A stretch of DNA of 64,000 nucleotides, from contig OZ024742.1 in assembly GCA_964016885.1 (NCBI GenBank), forward strand, positions 306,714,001-306,778,000, read 5' to 3'. The translations under genes and the position numbers were made by a program. The notes below the pieces were generated by a model, which worked only from the letters and a program-made list of their open reading frames with translations, ran no database searches and was not told the origin of the DNA. Of this stretch, positions 1-10,680 are shown piece after piece; the stretch's first letter is position 1, and every line of letters begins with the position of its first letter. Source of the stretch: Eledone cirrhosa (lineage: Eukaryota).

Positions 1-149
1 TAAAAATAAAAATAAAAATAAAAATAAAAATAAAAATAAAAATAAAAATAAAAATAAAAATAAAAAAATAAAAATAAAAATGAAATTAATAAAAAGGATA
101 AAAATGAAAGTAAATCAGAAAGGGTAGTCATAAAGAGAATAATAAGAGT

Positions 150-1338
150 TTATGGAGGATAAGTATCTGAAAGTGTGTTAAGTTTATATGAGCTGGAAAG
201 CAGGTGTGATTTCATGTGTGGGCAACTGGTGAAAATTTCTGTCTTTGTGTTCAGGCAGGTCTTTGGTGATTTAAGATTTTGCAAGATCCAATATTTTTCA
301 TTTATGCAGAGCGTGCATTTTCTTGTTCCTTTTGCATATTCTTTAGATTGGTTCAACATTGACCAATCCAATTTATATTGGATACCTTGGTCTTTCAAAT
401 CCCATATTCTGCTAGCCAGAGCTGTTGTAAATCTTTTTTCTGGATGTCGAAAGGATGCGACATGTGAGTAATAACGCGTTTTGAATTTGTCTTGCGTCAT
501 ACCCACATATCGTTCACTGGTTGTTGCTGATCGTTGTCACTTTAGCCGCATATACAATGGCTTTGGTGTTGCATTTACGTTGTAATGGGCATTCACTTTT
601 GATTCTACAGGAGCAATTTTGATGTTCTCTAGGTGATTTTTTGTTCATGATATAGGATTTAATAGGGGGACCGCAGGAGTAGCTAATTTTGACACAGTTT
701 CTATTAAAGATCTTATAGTATCTATGTGTTCTAGGGAAATGTTTATCTAGGAGCTCTAGGAATTTTTTGCCTACATTAGTTTTAACTGCTAGAGAGTAGG
801 GGGTGTGAACCAGATTATTTTTCTTTTCCTGTTTTTATGTTTAATAGAGTTAGTATAGTTGTGTATGTATTTAATCGGTTCGCTAAAACCGCTATTTTGG
901 AGGGCTTTATTATAGTAGGGGGATGCCTTATTAAAAATAGCTTCTGAAAAAGAGAGGGTGGAGATCCTACGGCTAATATTAGGGATAAGGTTTTTAAAAA
1001 CTATAGGAGGATGGCAAGAGCCTTTATTTATATGTTTTAAGTTTTCATTAGGTTTATGGTATGGTTTATAAGAAGCAGTAGGCAAATCTAGGTTTATATC
1101 TAGGAAATCTACATTGGAAAGGTTAGTGCCAATAGTAATTTTAAGATTTAAAACTAGCGAAGGTTTTTATTAAGTCTTTCCTTAATCTATCTAAGTTATG
1201 GCCTATGGTGGTATGGGAAAGTAATAGACCATCGTCGCGATAAAGCCCCAAAATATGGTTAGGAAATTTTTCTTTAAGTGTGTGTAGGAGGAATAGGCCG
1301 ACCAAATCACAAACATCAGCACTGTCATAAGAGCCCAT
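150..1338 (-). pseudogene. Penelope-like element ORF remnant (RT core, thumb and GIY-YIG endonuclease), frameshifted and 5'-truncated
   Basis: ORF pieces MGSYDSADVCDLVGLFLL..GLYRDDGL (PLE RT), YKPYHKPN..INKGSCHPP (thumb), YVGMTQDKFKTRYYSH..CTLCINEK..LNTKTE..CPH (GIY-YIG). The 3' UTR runs into (TAAAAA)n at the window start. Confidence 0.9.
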
Positions 1339-1340
1339 TA

Positions 1341-1760
1341 ACTTAACACACTTTCAGATACTTATCCTCCTTAAACTCTTATTATTCTCTTTATGACTAC
1401 CCTTTCTGATTTACTTTCATTTTTATCCTTTTTATTAATTTCATTTTTATTTTTATTTATTTTATTTTATTTTTTTTTTTTTTACTTCACATCCACCAAT
1501 AACCCCCCCCCCCTTTATTCTCCGATTCACTTACCTAATATCTTCACTTTCCACTTTTTTCTTCACTACCTGATTACAGAGGTCACCTGCGTTTTCCACT
1601 CCAGATATTTTCTGTTATTTCGCAGCCAATCTTATAATTTTATATTTGTACTTACTTATACACAAGGCTTTTTACTCTCTGTATCTATGCGTCTGAGCAC
1701 CTTAATGTGTGTATACTTCTATATGTGTACACGAACGCCTCTGTATGTGCGCGCGCGTGC

Positions 1761-1796
<36 letters not shown>

Positions 1797-2807
1797 ATGT
1801 ATGTGGTTTTTATATCTGTGTTTTTACATCTATGTTTTTTGTTTTTTTCTCTTTTTTTACATCCTCATTTTTATGTGTGTGCATGTAAACAGGTCAATAT
1901 GCGTGACTGTATGTGTGTATGTGTGTGTGTGTATGTGTGTGTGTGTACGTACTGAATGTATGGATGTGTAAGTGTGCGTATGTATATAGGCATGTATATT
2001 TTGTGTGTGTGTGTGTGTGTGTGTGTGAGTGTATATACAGTCGCGTGCGTGCGCGTGATTAGATATACATGGGGCGAGGCGTATATACGTATATATGTGC
2101 ATCCTGTGTGCGTATGTATGCTTGCATACGCTTTTGTCTGCACGTTTTTGCGTGTATATATATATATTTCTTATAGATATACGTTTCTTGTAGATATATA
2201 TGTGTGTGTACGCGTGTACCTTGTTTGTCTTCTTTTCTTTAATTTTTTCTTTCTAAATTATTGTTCCATTTTTATAAATATATCGAGAATGATACTTTCT
2301 TTTTACTATTACACTCCCTTACCTCTTTTTCTTCCTCATATAAGTGTACGTGTGTGTGTGTGTGTTTATACGCGTGCCTTCATATTCTTATAATGTATCT
2401 AATACCCTGTCTTTCTGTGTACTTGCCAAAAGGACAATCATATCATGTCTGTCTGTAGTTACAGATACACAGATACACTTGTCCTAACACATATATTTAC
2501 GCACACTTTTTCACTATACGTACACATTTGTACATACACACATATGTACATCTGTGAGCGTATATACATACATATACACACACCTAAATATATTTCTTGA
2601 AAGGTTTTTATATATTTCATATGGCTATTCTAATTCCTTTATCTATATTTATATAATTTTTTTTGCTTTTCTTGATGAGACTTTCCAAGTATTTAGCCAT
2701 GTTTTATATTGCCTCGTCTGACGAACGAATGAAGACGTTTCTTTCGTATTCGCCTCATTCGGGAAACCTCTGGTAATGAGGTAATTATATTGTATTGATT
2801 TTTATAC

Positions 2808-2810
<3 letters not shown>
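1341..2810 (+). mobile_element. Inverted copy of the 3' end and UTR of the preceding PLE, microsatellite-rich, ending in (TA)n
   Basis: 1341-1450 is the near-exact reverse complement of ~80-185 (ORF end LNTLSDTYPP* plus UTR). The segment ends with a hammerhead motif followed by (TA)n. Confidence 0.75.
2712..2781 (+). ncRNA. Type I hammerhead ribozyme in a PLE 3' tail
   Basis: Stem I cctcgt/atgagg; core CTGACGA; stem II cgaatga/tcattcg; GAAA; stem III acc-tct-ggt; GTA cleavage triplet. Confidence 0.8.
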
Positions 2811-2842
<32 letters not shown>

Positions 2843-2992
2843 ATACTTTGGGAGGGTCATGTTGCCAATAAGAAACAGACGCACCAGTTGCTTTCACTTC
2901 AATTTATTATATATTTATAAATTTATAAATTTATAAATTTATAAATTTCTGGTTGGTTGGTTGGTTCCACAACCAGATAGTTGTTTATATAT

Positions 2993-3037
2993 AGTCATAG
3001 TTCTTTCGTCACACACTCTGTGACCTCTTCAGTGACT
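2993..3037 (-). ncRNA. Family A hammerhead, inverted-arm copy
   Basis: Reverse complement of 4719-4763. Confidence 0.8.
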
Positions 3038-3714
3038 GGGGATTCCTTTCTTTGTTTCTGTGCCTCTCCTTTGTTCTGTCCTACGCCATTTTGTTTCTGT
3101 GTGTGTGTTGTGTGCTCAGTCTGCGCATGCGCCACATCCGGTTGTCTGTGTGTGTTTATGTTCATTTATTTATTTGTTTATTTACATGTTACTGATTGGT
3201 TGTTTGTTCTATGTGTGTGTGTGTTTTCATTTTGTCCTTAATTGTAAGTTGTGATGTTGCTGTTCCACTCATATTTTCTATTTAATTTTGGTTGTAATTC
3301 TTTTATGTTTATTGCCTCTGTAATTTGTCTAAACATTGCGTCTTTTCTGTGTGTAGATTCTATTTTTATTTCTATGTTCTCTAATTTACCCTTGTGTTCT
3401 ATCTTAGCATGTTGGTAGAGTACAGATGATTCTTTATTATCTTGAAGGTCTCGCCAGTGTTCATTTATCCGTTCCCCTACACTACGAGCTGTCTCACCTA
3501 TGTACACTATATTTTTGTCTCTACATTGTCCTGCAGTACATCTTATGCTATACACTACATTTCTAGTTTTACAGTTAATATGGGGGCTTATTTTACAGGT
3601 TATACATTTCTTATCTATACATGAAGGTCTTTGAAAAGGGTATGTCTTGCTAATAAGTGTTTTTACGGAGGTACTTGGTCTTTCTACTATCTTAATATTG
3701 AGTTTATGTTTATG

Positions 3715-4518
3715 ATGAGAAATGTGTCCCGCATGTGCAACTCCGAAGAACTAGAGAGACACATACAACACTTCATCCACCGTATGCAGTTCTCTGGCTA
3801 CAATCAGAGAGATAAAATCAGAGTGTATAGAGGAGCCAGAACCAAATGGGAAAAAATGGTAAATAATGACATAAATGGCACCTGCCCCTTGTATAGGAGC
3901 AAATTTTGGAATAGAATAGAAAGAACTAGGAACAAGGCTAATAGAATAAACTCATGGTATGATAGCAATAAATACCAGAGTGTAATGTTCATCAATACAA
4001 CCCCTAGAGGTGAATTAGCTTACAAATTTAGAAGGGACCTAAATAAACATAAACTCAATATTAAGATAGTAGAAAGACCAGGTACCTCCGTAAAAACACT
4101 TATTAGCAAGACATACCCTTTTCAAAGACCTTCATGTATAGATAAGAAATGTATAACCTGTAAAATAAGCCCCCATATTAACTGTAAAACTAGAAATGTA
4201 GTGTATAGCATAAGATGTACTGAAGGACAATGTAGAGACAAAAATATAGTGTACATAGGTGAGACAGCTCGTAGTGTAGGGGAACGGATAAATGAACACT
4301 GGCGAGACCATCAAGATAATAAAGAATCATCTGTACTCTACCAACATGCTAAAATAGAACACAAGGGTAAATTACAGAACATAGAAATAAAAATAGAATC
4401 TACACACAGAAAAGACGCAATGTTTAGACAAATTACAGAGGCAATAAACATAAAAGAATTACAACCAAAATTAAATAGAAAATATGAGTGGAACAGCAAC
4501 ATCACAACTTACAATTAA
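3715..4518 (+). pseudogene. C-terminal PLE fragment (thumb, Cys-rich linker, GIY-YIG endonuclease)
   Basis: ORF 3631..4518 in the track. The first ~27 codons come from the inverted arm; the rest matches 62991-63796. Confidence 0.9.
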
Positions 4519-4718
4519 GGACAAAATGAAAACACACACACACATAGAACAAACAACCAACCAGTAACATGTAAATAAACAAATAAATAAATGAACATAA
4601 ACACACACAGACACCCGGATGTGGCGCATGCGCAGACCGAGCACACAACACACACACAGAAACAAAATGGCGTAGGACAGAACAAAGGAAAGGTACAGAA
4701 ACAAAGAAAGGAATCCCC

Positions 4719-4763
4719 AGTCACTGAAGAGGTCACAGACTGTGTGACGAAAGAACTATGACT
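4719..4763 (+). ncRNA. Minimal type I hammerhead ribozyme in the family A 3' UTR
   Basis: Stem I agtca/tgact; CTGAAGA; stem II gtcac...gtgac; GAAA; minimal stem III ag-aa-ct; CTA cleavage triplet. Confidence 0.8.
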
Positions 4764-4979
4764 ATATATAAACAACTATCTGGTTGTGGAACCAACCAAC
4801 CAACCAACCAGAAATTTATAAATTTATAAATTTATAAATTTATAAATATATAATAAATTGAAGTGAAAGCAACTGGTGCGTGTGTTTCTTATTGGCAACA
4901 TGACCCTCCAAAAGTATAACAATATCGGTTTCAACACACGATTTCAGATAAAGAATCTTGGTAAACAAATTCAGAAACG

Positions 4980-5044
<65 letters not shown>

Positions 5045-5081
5045 TACACACATACATATACACACATATATATATATATTT

Positions 5082-5574
5082 ATATTTCGTTAAAGAATTT
5101 GTTTAGCAAGATTCTTTATCTGAAAACGTGTGTTGAAACCGATATTGTTATACCTTTTTTGGGGGGGAGGGGTCATGTGGACAATAGGAAACACGCGCCA
5201 GCTGATTTTCACTCCAATTTATTAAAAATTAAAGAATTAAAAAAAAAAAAATTTATAAATTTCCGGTTGGTTGGTTGGTTCTACAACCGGACGGTTGTTT
5301 ATATATTGTCAAAGTTCTTTCGTCACACATTGTGTGCCCTCTTCAGTGACTGGGGATTCTTTTCTTTGTTTTGTGCCTCTCCTTTGTTCTGTCCTACGCC
5401 ATATTGTGGCGTAGGACAGAACATCCCTCCGGTTGTAGAACCAACCAACCAACCGGAAATTTATAAATTTTGTCTTTTAGAGAACTTTTTATTTTTATTT
5501 TTTTATTTATAATAATTGGAGTGAAAGCAACTGGTGTGTGTTTTTCTTATTGGCAACATGACCCTCCCAAATTA

Positions 5575-5578
<4 letters not shown>
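5082..5578. mobile_element. Short, diverged family A-related 3' tail fold-back, with a hammerhead copy at ~5307-5351 on the minus strand
   Basis: 5082-5400 is a reverse-complement relative of 4665-4982. 5403-5578 is a plus-strand, internally deleted copy. Flanked by (TA)n. Confidence 0.8.
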
Positions 5579-5614
<36 letters not shown>

Positions 5615-5616
<2 letters not shown>

Positions 5617-6525
5617 AATAGTAAAACAATGAAATTAAACAAAAACCGGTTAATTCATAGTAAAACCCACTATTTTACGATCGTTTCTGGGGGGTAGTTC
5701 ACCGTATGTTCATTCTATTATTTATCTATGTAAAATATATTACAAAATATCATAATAAGAAAAAATACATACGTCTTCACCACCTGCCGTCTTCAGAAAT
5801 AATGAGTTTTGTTTATTGAAAAATACAAAAAAACACATATATGAATAAGTAACATTTTATAACCCAGGTTGAGGTTGACCAATAGTAAGAATAGGAAGGG
5901 GCAATATAGATCCTTAAGTTGGTAGTAGTAGATGAATAAATAAGCTGTCAGGGGATATGGTATCATTTAAGAAATAGAAATGAAAGTTGCCAGTGTAAAG
6001 GAATTTAGACATATTGTATATAAAAGATGGTCAACGAAGATTATAGTTGGAGGAAAAGAGATGTAGAAATTAGTGTGTTACATCAAGTAGAATAGTATAT
6101 AATAATCCTAAAATATTTGTTATTTCTTTGTTGAGAGGAATAATTTGTACTAAAAATATAAAAATATATAAAAATAAGTAAAGGAATATAAATAGATCCC
6201 AAGAGAATTAAGATTTAGATGAAAAATAGATAAAATACTATATAGGTAAGAAAATACTAAAGTTTGTGTAAGTATTGTATTGTGTTAGAGTGGTTAGAAA
6301 GAAGTTTTTACCTGTAGGGAATTATATTTTCGAATAAGGAGTCACATTAATAATCTAGTTTTTTGTTTTAAAAAGGGGATTTTAAATGCATATCAGTTAA
6401 AAGTTTTGTTAGATTATTGAAAATAAGGTGCTCATTGTTGAAAATATAGTGCTCATTTATAGTTAATTACTTAAAACAGTTATAGGGATGAGGTATAGGA
6501 TTTAATGCTTGGATTAATAGCAGAA
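5615..6525 (-). mobile_element. Probable decayed PLE 3' region carrying a hammerhead with an expanded stem II
   Basis: Minus strand 5802-5671 reads tattt-CTGAAGA-(~100 nt)-GAAA-cgatcg-TA-aaata. The region is bounded by (TA)n. Confidence 0.55.
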
Positions 6526-6542
6526 AAAAATATATATATATA

Positions 6543-7482
6543 TATGGGCGCGACGGATTCGGCCGAGGTCAAAGATCTTATAGGATTATTCCTACTATTT
6601 AAACTCACCGAAATGTTTCCTGCATTCGGCGGTGGATTGTACCGAGATGATGGGCTCCTCACCCTCAAAGAGTACAACCCCAGTAGTACAGATCGGGTCC
6701 GTAAACAACTTATCAACTTCTTCCGGGACTGGGGATTTAAAATCACCCTACAAACATCCCTAACCCGAGTCAATTTCCTGGACGTTACCCTCAACCTCGA
6801 AAATGATCTGTACTACCCATACAGGAAACTAAACGACAACCTGCACTACATCCACCGCCGCTCTAACCATCCTAGAAACATCACCAAAAACCTGGTTAAA
6901 AACATCTCCCTCCGCATATCTCATTTGTCCGCTAATGAGCAGATATTCGACGAACATGCGCCTCATTACAACCAGGCCCTCAAGCGGAGTGGCTTCCGGG
7001 AGGAAATATCCTTTTATCCAGCTTTCCTTAGTGGGACCAGCAGGCGACACCGCCGCTAACGCAACGTAACGTGGTTCAATCCTCCCCACAATGCCGAGGT
7101 GGCAACACCTATCGGGAAAATCTAGTTTAGGCTCTCGAAAAACACTTCCCACTACAACACCGCTACCACAACATAATCAACAAAAACACGATAAAACTCT
7201 CCTACAGCACCACACCTTACGTCGCACAAAACATCGTCTCAAACAACAAAAAACTCAACCCCTATGCAAGAAACAACCTAGACATCAGTGGAGAGTCGAC
7301 CAGGAGGTGTAACTGCCCTGATACAAATGTTGACCAATCCTCTTAACAACTACAATCTTCCCATATAAGGAAGAAGACATTGACAAGTTTGGCTATTTAT
7401 TTACCAGGCTAAAAATTCTAATTTAGTCCAGAAATAGCCGTCGAAACGGCTTGAGCTCTGCCGTCGGGGTCATACTTTTTCC
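6543..7482 (+). pseudogene. PLE RT/thumb fragment with a deleted endonuclease and a degenerate hammerhead at ~7376-7471
   Basis: MGATDSAEVKDLIGLFLL..GGLYRDDGL..VNFLDVTL..YIHRRSNHP. Tail reads ggctattt/aaatagcc-GAAA-cggc...gccg-TC. Confidence 0.88.
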
Positions 7483-7829
7483 TATATATATATATACACA
7501 CATACATACACACATATATATATACATATATATATATATATACTCATATATATACACACATATATATATATATACACGCACACACAGATACCCATATTAT
7601 ATACACACACACATATAGATACATACACACACATGTATATATATAGAGGCACACACCTATGTATACACATACTCACACACACATATATCTACACACATAT
7701 ATACCCACACATACACTCACAGTCTTTTTTCTCCTATATCTTTTTCTATATTTGTTTAGTTGTATTTATAATATTTGAATGTCCTTCTAATTTTATGGTT
7801 ACATGCTATAATTAATTCCTGTCTTTTAT

Positions 7830-9875
7830 TTAATAGAGTGTCCTTCGATTTAGTAATTTCAAACATTTTCTGAGAACATAGTCCACACTCCCTTCTAAGT
7901 TAGGTTATAGCCAATATTCTTCTTTTTTACAATTATTAACTGCTTCTGCTAAAGAAGTCGTATTAGCTAATTTTTTGTTTCGGAAACTGTGGGTGTGTGC
8001 GTAAAATCTCGATTTAAACGGATTAGAAGAGGATCCAATATAGGATTGATTAGTCCTTAGTGGTGATTATACATTTATATACTACATTATTAATTAAAAA
8101 ATTTCCATTTAAGGGGCAATTATCTTTTATTCTACAATTACAACCGTTTGCATATAGGATTTCAGATGTGCTATCTATATTCCCAATAATAGAGCTAGTA
8201 TTTGTATTTACCTTTTTATTTGGGAAAAAAGGGTTTACGGTTGGGTGGTCGTGGCCCGAAAGGTTGTTTGTTGGTGAAATCATACAGGATATAGCGTTTA
8301 TAGAATCATGGTTGTTTTGGAAGTTATTGATTAGATTGGGTATGTAATCCTCAATCCCTATTAAGGATGAGGAAGAAGGCAGTTGGTTGTAGGCTGATGT
8401 ATTGTGTTGGTGAGGTGAGTGAGTGGATGTAATAGGTGGGTATGTAATAATATTCTGGTTATGCGTTGTAGTATTACTATAGTTATCTTGTGTGTGGTAT
8501 ACATGGAGCTTTTTTACATTTATAGATGTTACATGTACTTATTTTTTTGTTGTATATTGCTTAATGTGGAGTAAGAAAATTTTGATGGTATTTGTGGTTA
8601 GGTGGGAAGTGTTTAGCAAGAATTGTAACATTTTTTAGGGATTTGACCCATAGTTTGCAAGTTAAATGGAGTTTTTCAGGGTAGATATTGTTATTAGATG
8701 ATACTATAATATTGTGATTGTTATTATGGGTGTGAACTAATTGTTTAGTAGATTTTTGAATTGTATTAGTTTTTGATTTATTGCTTTTTGTTTGATATAT
8801 AGAGGATATTGTGAGTTTTATTAATGGAAGTTTTATTATTGTGAGTTTTATTAGGACCTGGAATTTTGGTATTATTCTTGCTATTTACAGTAGTTCGGAT
8901 ATGTTTCTCTGGATTTTTGGATTGTAAGGATGTAGCTTGGTTAGGTTGAAGGTTCAATGAAATAGGTAATATATCATTAGGTTTATTGTGATACTTAAGA
9001 TATAAGATGTTATTATTAGCTGCTTTGTTTAGAATTAGTGTAGTTAGGAGTTTTCGTAAGGTTTGTAGTAATATTATTAAGGAGGTTATGGCGGTGAATT
9101 GGCAGTATCGGTAGAGGGTTGGACGCCATGCTTTCTTGCATAGTTACGTCCCGTTACAGTCTGAGTTCAAATCTCGCCGAGGTTAACTTTGTCTTTCATC
9201 CTTACGGGGTCGATAAAATAAAGTACCAGTAATGTACTGGGTAATTGCTGGCCTTGTGCCTAAAGTAGAAAAAATTATTAGGTAGGTTATAGAAGTATTC
9301 AGAAGCGTTAGGATTGATGATTTTTAGAGAGTTTGTGTCATTCATATTAATGCGGGTATTAGGAGTAATGGTAGGATCTAGGTTTTTCGGTGCTTCATTG
9401 TTGGTACTAAATTTTGGGTGTTTTTTATGGTGTTTGTTGCTTATGCTTGGTTGTATGCTGGAGGTATTCATGGTGTTAGGTATGTAAAATAGTTTATCCT
9501 TGTAGCCACTTCTAGTTAAAGCCTCATTATAATAAGGTGCGTTTTTATAGAATATTTCTTCATTAGATGATAATTTAGATAATCTGAGTGAGATATTGTA
9601 GACTAGATTTTTTAGTATGGAACTAGGGTGGTTAGATTGTGAGTGTATATAATGCAGGTTTTGGTTTAGTTTGTGGTAGGGTTGGTAATGCCTGTAGATA
9701 GATCTAAAGTGATGTCGAGGAAATTGACCGTTTTAGTGCAATTTTCAAAAGTAATGGTAAGATTATAGTAATATTTGAGGAATTTCCTAATATGTTTTTT
9801 ATTTCTCTCAGTTGCTGAGAGACTAAGATTGTTAAATAGAATAAGACAGTCATCGCGATATAGACCACCTTTGAG
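7830..9875 (-). pseudogene. Decayed PLE (RT to GIY-YIG) interrupted by a SINE
   Basis: Minus-strand GGLYRDDCL at ~9845-9871, YIHSQSNHP at ~9625-9655, CNCRIKDNCPL..VVYKC at 8050-8150, and YIGSSSNPFKSRF near 8010-8045. Confidence 0.85.
9089..9272 (+). mobile_element. tRNA-derived SINE with a Meta-domain-like core
   Basis: A box-like tggcagtatcgg, B box gagttcaaatc, core gccgaggttaactttg-ctttcatccttacggggtcgataaaataaagtaccag. At least 6 copies in the window. Confidence 0.85.
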
Positions 9876-10463
9876 CCGAAATTGCTTCAGATGTGGTCTT
9901 TGGCGTAGAGTATTTCCAGGGCCTCAGCAAGGCAGAGGTCACATGGTCTTTTATTTCCGTAATACGATCTAGCTTAAGCTAAGATCTCCCGGTGTAACTT
10001 ATATTGGGTGTGGTTGTCTTTTAGACTCCAGATATAAGCTGAAAGTGACGTCATATTCCTTCTTAAAGGGTCAAGAAAAGAATGGGTATGCATGTAAAGA
10101 CGCTGCTTGAATCTATTGGCGGTTAACCCTCTGTAGGCCCTACGGGACGTGGGTGTTTCAACCTTACATTTGTAGACAATGTTACTAGAGAGGTATTTCC
10201 AGTTTTTTTCCGTTCATTGCCAGAGAATGTCTCCATGAACCACCTAATAGAATATTAGTCTACGACTTCATTTACACCATAAACGTGGTTTTGTCTTTGC
10301 GTGTAATTGTTTTCACCGCAACAAATAATGACGTATTACCTTCATTTTTTTTTCTTTCTTTGACAGGGAACGTTTCCACGAACCAAAATATCATCGTCCT
10401 ATCTTCCTTCAGTTGCAACGTTTTTTGAAATATTTACTTCTGCGTTCACAGATTGACTTTTTT

Positions 10464-10621
10464 AGTTTCAGAAGATCCCGCTAAGGGTGAAAGCAGCGAT
10501 TCTTTGCTTAAACTTTAATCTGTTATTTTAATAAATATTTGCTCTACAGTTCTTATATATCTGATACATATTTATCCTTATCGAGCCCTCTTTGGATTTT
10601 AGTTTTCAAATTTATTAATAT

Positions 10622-10625
<4 letters not shown>
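10464..10625 (+). mobile_element. Short PLE-like tail with a variant hammerhead (CAGAAGA core); same family as 43490-43840
   Basis: agttt-CAGAAGA-t-ccc/ggg-t-GAAA-gca...tgc-TT-aaact. The sequence recurs at 43676-43838 and, inverted, at 43490-43650. Ends in (TA)n. Confidence 0.6.

Positions 10626-10680
<55 letters not shown>

Larger units (their letters stand above)
2836..4982. mobile_element. PLE family A fold-back insertion: minus arm 2836-~3712, plus arm ~3713-4982
   Basis: The arms are near-identical reverse complements. Both encode the GIY-YIG C-terminus (NVVYSIRC..VYIGETARS..RINEH..LNRKYEW). Both outer ends abut (TA)n. Confidence 0.93.

Noticed and set aside
2914-2948. (TTTATAAA)n palindromic octamer repeat as a regulatory array
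   Set aside because: It is part of the family A 3' UTR and recurs at ~4812-4850 and ~59695-59732.
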